Shown one piece after another: positions 1 to 9,472 of a DNA stretch of 64,000 bases (positions are counted from its first letter, which is position 1; each line of letters opens with the position of its first letter). Made by a program: the position numbers and the translations under genes. The stretch covers positions 47,430,001 to 47,494,000 of the forward strand of contig OZ024752.1 in assembly GCA_964016885.1 (NCBI GenBank), given 5' to 3'. The notes under the pieces were generated by a model. It saw nothing but the letters and a program-made list of their open reading frames with translations, had not been told where the DNA came from and ran no database searches. The DNA comes from Eledone cirrhosa. Its lineage: Eukaryota.

Positions 1-348
1 GATGATAATAACTATATACATATAAAAAAAAAACTAATAATATCTTGGTATAAAATGTTTACCAAAAAAAAAAAAAATTTAAACACTTCACTCGCAAGCC
101 TTTAAAATTAAAAGCTGAAAAATTAACCAACATTTAAAATATAAATATTTAAAAAAAAAAAACTTTTATTTTTAATTGTACTTTTTTAAATATATATGTT
201 TTTGAAATTTATTTTACTTAATGAAAAACAGAAATTATATGAATTTCATTGGGGCTCTTTAAGATCAAATGAATTGGTTAATAGCTTTAAGTGGACGTTC
301 TGGTCTTTGTTTATTAGTTTATGTATGTGTTTTTATGTGTTATGTATA

Positions 349-437
349 CAGGATGTCCCTCAAAAATGTATACATAATGTATACACAATTGCTTGTAGAG
401 GTAATCAAAGTGTGTGTACATTTTTTGGGACATCCTG
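349..437. mobile_element. Tc1/mariner-type MITE (CAGGRTGTCCC TIR)
   Basis: TA|CAGGATGTCCCTCAAAAATGTATAC ... GTACATTTTTTGGGACATCCTG|TA: terminal inverted repeats with TA target duplication; related copy at 44534-44603. Confidence 0.8.
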
Positions 438-521
438 TATATATATACATATATATATGCATGTATGTATATGTATGTATATATATGTACATATGTATGT
501 GTATATATATATATATATGTG

Positions 522-553
<32 letters not shown>

Positions 554-554
<1 letters not shown>

Positions 555-625
555 TAGGTTGTAACATAAACTGCAGTTTTTGAAAACAAACAAATTATAA
601 CAGCAGCAGGAATTTATGTTACAAC

Positions 626-629
<4 letters not shown>
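554..629. mobile_element. 76-bp mariner-type MITE (MADE-like)
   Basis: TA|TTAGGTTGTAACATAAA ... TTTATGTTACAACCCAA|TA; 17-bp TIR with 1 mismatch, inserted in a TA microsatellite. Confidence 0.75.
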
Positions 630-690
<61 letters not shown>

Positions 691-1048
691 ACATGTATAT
701 ATATACCTGTCATTACTCATATATACACACAAAATCTATCCCTCATACACAAACATGAGTAAACAAACACAAACATACTAATATACTAATATACAAACAT
801 TCAACCAACCAACCAATCACCACTACCTCCACCACCACCACCACTACCTCCACCACCACCGTCTCCACAACCACCACCATCACCTCCACTACTAACACCA
901 CCGCCATCAACTCCACCACCACCACCACTACTACAAATCCCCAAACCTTTCATTAAACTACAATAACAACAACATACCTCAACAACTACATATTTGACCA
1001 TAGTCATATATATATATAAAACGATGATGATGATGATAATGATGATGA

Positions 1049-1111
<63 letters not shown>

Positions 1112-1146
1112 ACTTCAAAATATTAATAAATATAGACATTCATGTG

Positions 1147-1210
1147 ATTTTATTATACATATTTCAGAGGTACTGAGCTATTTCATCAGTACGTCCTCAT
1201 CAGATAAAAT
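1147..1210 (-). ncRNA. minimal type I hammerhead ribozyme motif
   Basis: Reverse-complement copy of 1301-1366: ATTTTAT CTGATGA [helix II] GAAA TATGTA TA ATAAAAT. Confidence 0.75.
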
Positions 1211-1300
1211 AAATTGATGTCTGACATACCTCAACTGTGCTGATGGTTCCAAGACTGGAATTGAACGATCAGCACAGTTGAGGTATGTCAGACATCAATT

Positions 1301-1366
1301 TATTTTATCTGATGAGGACGTACTGATGAAATAGCTCAGTACCTCTGAAATATGTATAATAAAATA
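1301..1366 (+). ncRNA. minimal type I hammerhead ribozyme motif
   Basis: Helix I TATTTTAT/ATAAAATA (8 bp); CTGATGA 1309-1315; helix II GGACGTACTGA/TCAGTACCTCT; GAAA 1347-1350; quasi-palindrome TATGTA; UH = TA 1357-1358. Confidence 0.8.
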
Positions 1367-1505
1367 TATTTGATCACATGAATGTCTATATTTATTAATA
1401 TTTTGAATTAATATTAATAACTCCAGAAAACTTCTTTGTTGAGTGCTTCTAATCTATTGTAAAACTTTATTCATTGAATAATCAATGAACCTTGTTAAAC
1501 TTTTG

Positions 1506-1544
<39 letters not shown>

Positions 1545-2164
1545 CATGGGTTATATCTGTTGTTTAGTAATATTTCTATATGAAGTAGTTTATATCTTCA
1601 GCCTAAACTCCACCTTATATTTAGAAATTTTATTTAATGTTTTTTTTTTTTTTTCCTTTCAACCTTCTCCCGGAAGCCTAGGTTTGTTATTTGATAGGTT
1701 TCTGCCAATTGTTTTGTTTTTGTCATTTAGTTTTAGCGTCAAACTAATTTTCCCCAGCTATCATAAAATGGAAGCATTGCAAAACAAAAAAAAAATATAT
1801 ATTGCTTCACCATATAAACAAAGGCCCGTAGTCTTTATAGTTTAATTATTATTTTTTTTTGCTTTTTTTTGTGATATATATATATTTTTCAAAATAAAAT
1901 GTAAAAAAAAAAAAAAAGTGGTATATATTTTATTTCAAAATAAAACGTAGAAATAAAAAAACATTTTTTTTTTACAAAATATATAAAATATATAAAATCT
2001 AAAATTTAAAAGCCACCAAAAAATTGTTAGGAAAAAGAAAAGCCAAATATAAACGTTTCTTTATGACTTTCGTTGTTAATTGACAGGTTTTTTGGTGATG
2101 TGGTGTTTTCTTGTTTTATCTAATTGTTATTGTTCTCATTGCTATTTTTTCTCCTTTATTATTA

Positions 2165-2356
2165 AGGGGCGGTGGATTGACAGTATCGGTAGAGGGTTGG
2201 ATGCCATGCTTTGCAGCATAGAGTTACGTCCCTTTATAGTCTGAGTTCAAATCCCTCTGAGATTAACTTTGCTTTTCATCCTTACGGGGTCGATAAAATA
2301 AAGTACCAGTTATGCACTGGGGTAATTGCTGGCCTTGTGCCAAAGGTAGAAACAAT
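2165..2356 (+). mobile_element. tRNA-derived SINE with Nin/Deu-like central domain
   Basis: A-box-like head, GAGTTCAAATCC B-box, GCTTTTCATCCTTACGGGGTCGATAAAATAAAGTACCAG core; many copies in the window. Confidence 0.8.
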
Positions 2357-2436
2357 AGTGACAGACATTACCTAATGATTTTCAAATTATTTTGAAAATA
2401 ATCAAGAATTTGAGGGGATTTAGTAATATAATTAAT

Positions 2437-3160
2437 TACATACCATTTACATTACTCTATATATACTATTATATTTTCAAGGTAAAGGCTTTACCTTACA
2501 TAATATCTCACATACCATTTACATTACTCTATATATACTATTGTATTTTCAAGGTAAAGGCTTTACCTCACATAATATCTCACATAACATTTACATTACT
2601 CTATATATACTATTGTATTTTCAAGGTAAAGGCTTTACCTTACATAATATCTCACATACCATTTACATTTCTCTATATATACTATTGTATTTTCAAGGTA
2701 AAGGCTTTACCTTACATAATATCTCACATACCATTTACATTACTCTATATATACTATTATATTTTCAAGGTAAAGGCTTTACCTTACATAATATCTCACA
2801 TACCATTTACATTACTCTATATATACTATTGTATTTTCAAGGTAAAGGCTTTACCTTACATAATATCTCACATACCATTTACATTACTCTATATATACTA
2901 TTGTATTTTCAAGGTAAAGGTTTTACCTTACATAATATCTCACATACCATTTACATTACTCTATATATACTATTGTATTTTCAAGGTAAAGGCTTTACCT
3001 TACATAATATCTCACATAACATTTACATTACTCTATATATACTACTATATTTTCAAGGTAAAGGCTTTACCTTACATAATATCTCACATAACATTTACAT
3101 TACTCTATATATACTACTATATTTTCAAGGTAAAGGCTTTACCTTACATAACATCTCACA
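2437..3160 (+). repeat. 72-bp minisatellite x10 derived from a TTAA MITE
   Basis: Unit CACATACCATTTACATTACTCTATATATACTATTGTATTTTCAAGGTAAAGGCTTTACCTTACATAATATCT; continues into the MITE body to about 3291; explains ORFs 2392..3177 and 2541..3185. Confidence 0.9.
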
Positions 3161-3344
3161 TAATATCGAATCTATGAGATTTTGATATTATTTACTTTGA
3201 GAACAATACCTTAACATCAGTATAAGCGGCTGGTTACAGCCAGTTTGAACAGAAAGAGGTGAGAGAATTCTGGCCGGATATGACTAAAGGGATAAACACT
3301 TTAAAATAAAAAGTTTTGTATTGTAAAACGAAGGGGCAGTTTCA

Positions 3345-4085
3345 GGTGAATTGAGGTAATGACAGTTAATGATATCATGTATCATCATTTTATATTTTGT
3401 GTTCTGAGTTCAAATCATTGAATTTTGAGTTCAAACCCTGCTGAGGTCAGCTTTGCCTATTATTTTTCAAGGGTTGATAAAATAAAGTACCAGTAATGTA
3501 CTGAGATTGATTTAATCGACTTTGCCCTCTCCCAAAATTGTTGGTCTTGTGCCTAAATCAGAAACAATTATTCTTATTGGATTGGTAGTAATGATGGAGC
3601 ATCAGACGCCATGCATTTCAGCATAGAGTTATAGCCCTTTACGTTCTGAGTTCAAATCCCGCCGAGGTTAACTTTGCCTTTCATCCTTACGGGATCAATA
3701 AAATAAAGTACCAGTAATACACTGGGGTAATTGCTGGCCTTGTGCCAAAAGTAGAAACATTATTTTTAGTATAAAATCCCACCGAGATTAACTTTGCCTT
3801 TCATCCTTACGAGGTCGATAAAATAAAGTACCAGTAATACACTGGGGGTAATTGCTGGCCTTGTGCCAAAAGTAGAAACAATTATTATTATTTTTAGATT
3901 GGCAGTATCGGTAGAGGGTCGGACGCCATGTTTTCCAGCATAGTTACGTCCCTTTACGATCTGAGTTCAAATCCCGCCGAGGTTAACTTTGCCTTTCATC
4001 CTTACGGGGTCGATAAAATAAAGTACCAGTAATGCACTGGGTAATTGCTGGCCTTGTGCCAAAAGTAGAAACAATTATTATTATT
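3345..4085 (+). mobile_element. cluster of four head-to-tail Nin/Deu-type SINE copies
   Basis: Copies at about 3345-3570, 3578-3765, 3774-3890 (5'-truncated) and 3897-4085. Confidence 0.8.
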
Positions 4086-4343
4086 TTTAGAAACTAATAT
4101 TATTAATGTTATTTACATCTGTAAGTGCCAGTAATTTGAAGACCAGACTTTGGCAAAGATTGACATCTCCTCCCCTCCATCTAAACTCCTGTATCCTGTA
4201 AACAAACATCCATCTTATTCCAAGTCTTTAAATTTTCATGTTGTGTCATATGGTTGTTATGGTTGTTGTTGTTGTTTTGTGTGTATGTATGTGTGTATGT
4301 ATGTGTGTGTGTTCTCTTATCCTCTTTTCTGGTGTCATCACAG

Positions 4344-4344
<1 letters not shown>

Positions 4345-4379
<35 letters not shown>

Positions 4380-4704
4380 CCATGCAGTTTTGCTCTTTCT
4401 CTTTCTTTCTCTCTTTCTCTCCATCCCTAACACAGTTTTGCTCTTTTTCTCTCCATCTCTCTGTCTCTCTCCCTCCCCTCGCTCTCTCTCTCTTTCCCAA
4501 CACACTTATGCTCTTTCTCATTCTATTTCTCTCTTTCTCTCTCTGTTTCTATCTCTCTCTCTTTCTCTCCCTCCCCAACAGTTTTGCTCTCTCTCCCCTT
4601 CTCTCCATCTCCCAACAATTTTGCTCTTTCTCTCTCCCTCTCACTCTCTCTCTGTCTATCTACCCCTCTCACCTTCAATCAATGTCTATTTGATACTATA
4701 CTCT

Positions 4705-4736
<32 letters not shown>

Positions 4737-4785
4737 TAGTACTGAGAGATAGATAGATAGGACTGAGGGAGAGAGAGAGAGAGAT
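4345..4785. repeat. CT-rich then GA-rich low-complexity repeat
   Basis: (CT)n with a recurring CAGTTTTGCTCT motif, followed by (GA)n/(GATA)n. Confidence 0.85.
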
Positions 4786-4789
4786 TGAG

Positions 4790-4865
4790 ATCTTTCCTGA
4801 TGATTTCCTTCAAATGAAACAGTTCTAGTCCTGTAGAAGCCATTTCTATATTAAATTTGATGTTA
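4790..4865 (+). mobile_element. short PLE pLTR-like fragment with degenerate hammerhead core
   Basis: CTGATGA(4797) TTTCCTTCAAAT GAAA(4816) CAGTTC TA GTCCTGTAGAAGCCATTTCTATATTA; homologous to both arms of 24016-24115. Confidence 0.5.
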
Positions 4866-4919
4866 TATATATATACCAAGATATTAAATAAAGGGAAACT
4901 ATATTTGTAAAACCATATT

Positions 4920-4984
4920 TATTTTATTATATATATTTCAAGGGTAACCAAGACTACCTTGGTGCGTTTTCATCAGATAAAATA
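4920..4984 (-). ncRNA. minimal hammerhead ribozyme motif in a PLE pLTR fragment (4876-5052)
   Basis: Minus strand: TATTTTAT CTGATGA AAACGCACCAAG-GTAGT-CTTGGTTACCCTT GAAA TATATA TA ATAAAATA; downstream tail nearly identical to 54700-54740. Confidence 0.7.
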
Positions 4985-5049
4985 CAAAGTGTGTTTTATA
5001 AATAAAGACATATCCATGATAATCAAACATTATCGGTCGGAAATTCACT

Positions 5050-5080
<31 letters not shown>

Positions 5081-5122
5081 ACATGTGTATGTGTGACACA
5101 TACACACACATATATATACACA

Positions 5123-5850
5123 AGACTACGTTGGTACGGTCACGTGATGCGCATGAAAGACGACAGCTGTATAAAAAAGTGCAGGGCGATAAAAATAGAC
5201 GGTAGACGCGGAGTAGGCAGATCCAGAAAAACCTGGGACGACTTGATAAATTCCGACCTCACACACTTACACCTCTCCAAGACAATGTCACTGGACCGAG
5301 ACCTTTGGCACTACACAGTAATACAGAAGACCCGCCTTACCTAAGCACAAAGTGAAACCTACTACAGTCAGTAGGCACCTCTAACAAAAATACACCCCCG
5401 TCCCACGACCCCCACCCCATCCACACCACCCCTTTCAATGTAAAGATTTGTTGGTACCACAACATCCAGTCCGAAACAAATGAGGTCGTGTAGGTGTCAC
5501 GACAAAAAAAAAAACACACAGTCCACGCTGTAATGTGGCTGTGTAGGTAACACGGTAAAAACCTCCCAGTCCACACTGTAAATGTGGTTGGTGTTAGGAA
5601 GGGCATCCAGCCATAGAAATCAAGCCAGACAGTCCACGCTGTAATGTGGCCGTGTAGGTAACACGGTAAAAACCTCCCAGCCCCACACTGTAAACGTGGT
5701 TGGTGTTAGGAAGGGCATCCAGCCGTAGAAAACCCCCCAGACAGTTCTATGCGAGCAAGACAACCACTTTTGCCTCAAGTGGGAAAACTCCCGTCCAAAC
5801 CCATGCAAGCGTGGAAGATGGACGTTAAACGATGATGATGATGATGATGA
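5123..5850 (+). mobile_element. 5'-truncated RTE-clade LINE (ORF C-terminus plus 3' UTR)
   Basis: 5123-5344 encodes RLRWYGHVMRMKDDSCIKKCRAIKIDGRRGVGRSRKTWDDLINSDL...DRDLW, a typical RTE C-terminus; 3' UTR ends GGACGTTAAAC(GAT)n. Confidence 0.85.
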
Positions 5851-5927
5851 CACACATTTACACACACCAAATACACACAAGCAATGCATAGAAAGGCACA
5901 AACACATATATACACACACATATTTAT

Positions 5928-6388
5928 CTCTCTCTCTCTCAGTCCTATCTCCCTCTCTCTCTCTGTCCTATCAACTTCTCTCCCCCTCTCTCTCTCAGTC
6001 CTATCTACCTCTCTTCACTCTCTCTCAGTCCTATCTACCTCTCTTTCCCTCTCTCTCAGTCCTATCTACTTCTCTTTCCCTCTCTCTCAGTCTTATCTAC
6101 CTCTCTCTCAGTCCTATCGTCCACTCTCTCCCTCTCTCTCTCAGTCCTATCTACCTCTCTATCCCCCTCTCTCTCAGTCCTATCTACCTCTCTCTCTCAG
6201 TCCTATCTCCCTCTCTCTCTCTCAGTCCTATCTACCTCTCCCTCCCTCTCTCTCTCAGTCCTATCTACCTCTCTCTCCCTCTCTCTCTCAGTCCTATCTA
6301 CCTCTCTCTCCCTCTCTCTCTCTCAGCCCTATCTACCTCTCTCTCAGTCCAATCTACCTCTCTCTCCCTCTCTCTCTCTCAGTCCTAT
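5928..6388. repeat. CT-rich minisatellite
   Basis: Variable unit (CT)n-CAGTCCTATCTAC. Confidence 0.9.
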
Positions 6389-7160
6389 TGTTATTGAAGC
6401 TGTTATTATTGTTTCTGTTATTGTTGCTGTTATTATTGTTGCTATTGCTGTTGCTGTTATTGCTGTTATTGTTGCTGTTGCTGTTATTATTGCTGTTGCT
6501 GTTATTGCTGTTGTTATTGCTGTTATTATTCCTGTTATTGCTGTTATTGTAGCTGTTGCTGTTATTGTTACTGTTGTTATTGTTGTTATTATTGTTGCTG
6601 TTATTATTCCTGTTATTGTCGTCATTGCAACAAAAATATTAACAAGGACATGTTTTTAATGATGTGATATTCATTAATTCTTAATGATGGATCAATCAAA
6701 TCCAGAATATTTGTAAATAAATTATTATGAAATAGCAGCAGAGTCAAGGGATGGGGGGGGGGATACAAACCAAGGTTTCTTGTTAGTTGTTGGTGTTGTT
6801 GTTGTTGTCTTTGATGATGGCACTGATGATGATGATGGTGGTGGTGGTGATGGTGGTAGTTATGGTGGTGATGATGATGGTTGTAGTGATGATGATGGTG
6901 GTGGGGGTGATGATGATGGTGGGGGGGGGGGGTGATGATGGTGGGGGGGTGATGATGATGGTGGGGGGTGATGATGATGGTGGTGGTTATGGTGGTGATG
7001 ATGATGGTTGTAGTGATAATGATGGTGGGGGTGATGATGATTGTGGTGGTTATGGTGGTGGTGGTGATGATGAGGATGGAGGTGGTGGTGATGAGGAGGG
7101 GGTGAAATATTAGTAACAATAGTAGTACTGATCTTGATAATGATGATGATGAGGATGATG

Positions 7161-7200
<40 letters not shown>
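6389..7200. repeat. trinucleotide low-complexity tracts
   Basis: (TTG/CTG/TTA)n at 6389-6625; (GGT/GAT)n at 6785-7160; (CA)n. Confidence 0.9.
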
Positions 7201-7207
<7 letters not shown>

Positions 7208-7208
<1 letters not shown>

Positions 7209-7332
7209 GACAGGTTTCCTTACAATTTCTGTCTATCAAATTCACTGAGAAGGCCTTTTTGGTCAGGACTATTGCAGAAGATATAAGCAGAAAGTGCCAC
7301 ACAGGGGTATAGAACCCCAAAGCATGTAGTTT
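7208..7332 (-). mobile_element. degenerate tRNA-CORE SINE fragment
   Basis: Similar to 15910-16070 and to the reverse complement of 33500-33680. Confidence 0.5.
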
Positions 7333-7349
7333 CATCATCATCATCATCA

Positions 7350-7663
7350 CTTCATTTTACATCCGCTTTTTCCCTGTTTGCAAGGGTTGGACGGGAACTG
7401 ATTCTGGCTTGATTTCTACAGCTGGATGCCCTTCCTAACACCAACCTCATTTACAGTGAGTGCTGGGTGCTTTTTTTTTGCCATGGCACCCCCACGACCA
7501 CTTTGCAGTGGAATGATAGGGACGCCAGTCTCTATCATCTCATTTCTACAGCTGAGAAAACTGGAGCAATGTGAAATAAAGTGTCTTGCTCAAGGAAACA
7601 ACACATCACCCGGTCTGAGAATTGAACTCACAACCTTTCGATTGCAAGGCCAATGCTCTAATG
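7350..7663 (-). mobile_element. tRNA-CORE SINE with Meta-like domain and RTE-type tail
   Basis: Minus strand has a tRNA head, TTGAGCAAGACACTTTATTTCACATTGCTCCAG (CORE-like) and GTTAGGAAGGGCATCCAGC; tail shared with the RTE at 52644-52837; copies at 27418 and 30449. Confidence 0.8.
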
Positions 7664-7817
7664 CTGTTATTGTTTGTAGATAGAATCATTTAACTACACA
7701 GTAATGTCCGCGTCCCTGATGTATGACTTATTTAATCCTTTTGTTACCAAACTTTGAAACCACCTCTCTTTCTATGATACAAAGCTGTTTGTTTTAAAGT
7801 GTGTATATTTAATTAAA

Positions 7818-7975
7818 AGGCGATGAATTGGCAGAGTCCTTAGAACATCTTATAGAATGCTTAGTGGTATTTATTCTAGCTTTCTGCACTCTGTGTTCAA
7901 ATCCTGCCAAGGTCAACATTGTCTGCCATCCTTTAAAGGTCGATAAAAAAAAGTATCAGTCTAGTATTGGGATCA
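7818..7975 (+). mobile_element. old Nin/Deu-type SINE copy
   Basis: GAATTGGCAGAGTC head, GTTCAAATCCTGCC, CATCCTTTAAAGGTCGATAAA; paralogous to 45780-45922 including the 3' flank. Confidence 0.7.
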
Positions 7976-8073
7976 ATTCTTCCTCTATATCTCTTTCTCA
8001 CTCTCTCTATCCTTCTCTGGAAGAAATAGACTGTGTTCAAACCTGGAGAGGAGATGGGCTCTACCAGGTTTAA

Positions 8074-8418
8074 CCCTTTAGCATTTACATTACTCTATAT
8101 ATACTATTGTATTTTCATGGTAAAGGCTTTACCTCACATAATTATCTCACATTACTCTATATATACTATTGTATTTTCATGGTAAAGGCTTTACCTCACA
8201 TAATTATCTCACATTACTCTATATATACTATTGTATTTTCATGGTAAAGGCTTTACCTCACATAATTATCTCACATAATATCGAATCTATGAGATTTTGA
8301 TACTATTTATTTTGAGAACAATACCTTAACATCAGTTTGAGCGACCAGTTACAGCCAGTTTTAACAGAAAGAAGTGAGAGAATTCTGGCCGGTTTTGGCC
8401 AGTTTGAACATTAAAGGG
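8074..8418 (+). mobile_element. piggyBac-type (TTAA) MITE with internal 62-bp x3 repeat
   Basis: TTAA|CCCTTTAGCATT ... AACATTAAAGGG|TTAA; empty paralogous site at 46010. Confidence 0.85.
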
Positions 8419-8624
8419 TTAAAAATGTCCAAGAAAGGCTGCATGTCAAGATTCCCGTCCTATGACTCCATCAAGAATTACAGGTTCATACATACAATCA
8501 TCATCATCATCATCATCATATTTATCTATAAAAACACATCTATGATAAGTTTATGTAATAAAATTTGTTAAGTTATGTTCCAAACTCAAACATAATAAGC
8601 AAAAAATTAGTATTACTCCTTTTA

Positions 8625-8808
8625 GCAGTATCGGTAGAGGGTCGGACGCCATGCTTTGCAGCATAGAGTTACGGCCCTTTACGGCCTGAGTTCAAATCCC
8701 GCCGAGGTTAACTTTGCCTTTCATCCTTACGGGGTCGATAAAATAAAAGTACCAGTAATGCACTGGGATAATTGCTGGCCTTGTGCCAAAAAACAGAAAC
8801 AATTATTA
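8625..8808 (+). mobile_element. young Nin/Deu-type SINE
   Basis: GCAGTATCGGTAGAGGGTCGGACGCCATGC ... GCCTTTCATCCTTACGGGGTCGATAAAATAAAGTACCAG. Confidence 0.85.
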
Positions 8809-9472
8809 CTTTTTAATGACTTGAAAAGTTATAGGTAGTGGCTTTTATTAAAAATATGGTAACAAACGAGTTAAAGAAAATATTTAACTGCTTAGATCTA
8901 CCATTTAGTCTCTCATTACAATCCTAATTTTTATTCCACAATTTCAAAATATTTCTAAATATTTTCAACCATCACACATGGAAACAAACATTTTGGTTGA
9001 TTTTTATTTTTTAAACCTCAGGAAAAAAAAAAAAATACAAACACAATAGTAACTAAAACAAAAAAAAAATGTGATTTCTTGACCTTTTCTCAACACCTGA
9101 CCTTTCAAATATTTATTTATTTATTTTTTTTACTTTTTAAAAAATTTATTTTTTTCTTATTTTTTATTTTATTTTATTTTATTTTATTTTATTTTATTTT
9201 TTGTTTTTATCGAAATCTTTGCAACCAACGACTGTAATGTTATCTGCCTCAGTTGTTTCCAGAAAGTAAACTAATGGGAGATTGGTGAGCAAGAGAATGT
9301 AATAGACTTGGGGGTGGGTTAAACAACAACAACAACAACGACACATACAAACAACAACAACAACAACAACAACACATATACATACAATAAAAAGAAACAT
9401 ATTTGAAGTTTTAAATGATTTTTTTTTCCCCACTCCGATATTTATCTTTCCTTTGGTGCGCTTGTGTGAACA

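Larger units (their letters stand above)
1111..1507 (+). mobile_element. Penelope-like element pLTR remnant with inverted 5' copy
   Basis: Inverted arms 1114-1249 and 1263-1407, each carrying a hammerhead motif; about 100-nt unique tail; (TA)n on both flanks. Confidence 0.7.

Noticed and set aside
2392-3185. 261-aa and 214-aa repeat proteins
   Set aside because: 72-bp MITE-derived minisatellite in frame
4117-4195. Minus-strand 79-nt exon candidate (TTTGTTTACAG acceptor, two open frames)
   Set aside because: Weak donor (AT|GTAAAT), no recognisable peptide, no partner exons
9194-9320. ORF tail YYILLLTNLPLVYFLETTEADNITVVGCKDFDKNKK
   Set aside because: No recognisable homology or splice acceptor; the rest of the ORF is simple repeat
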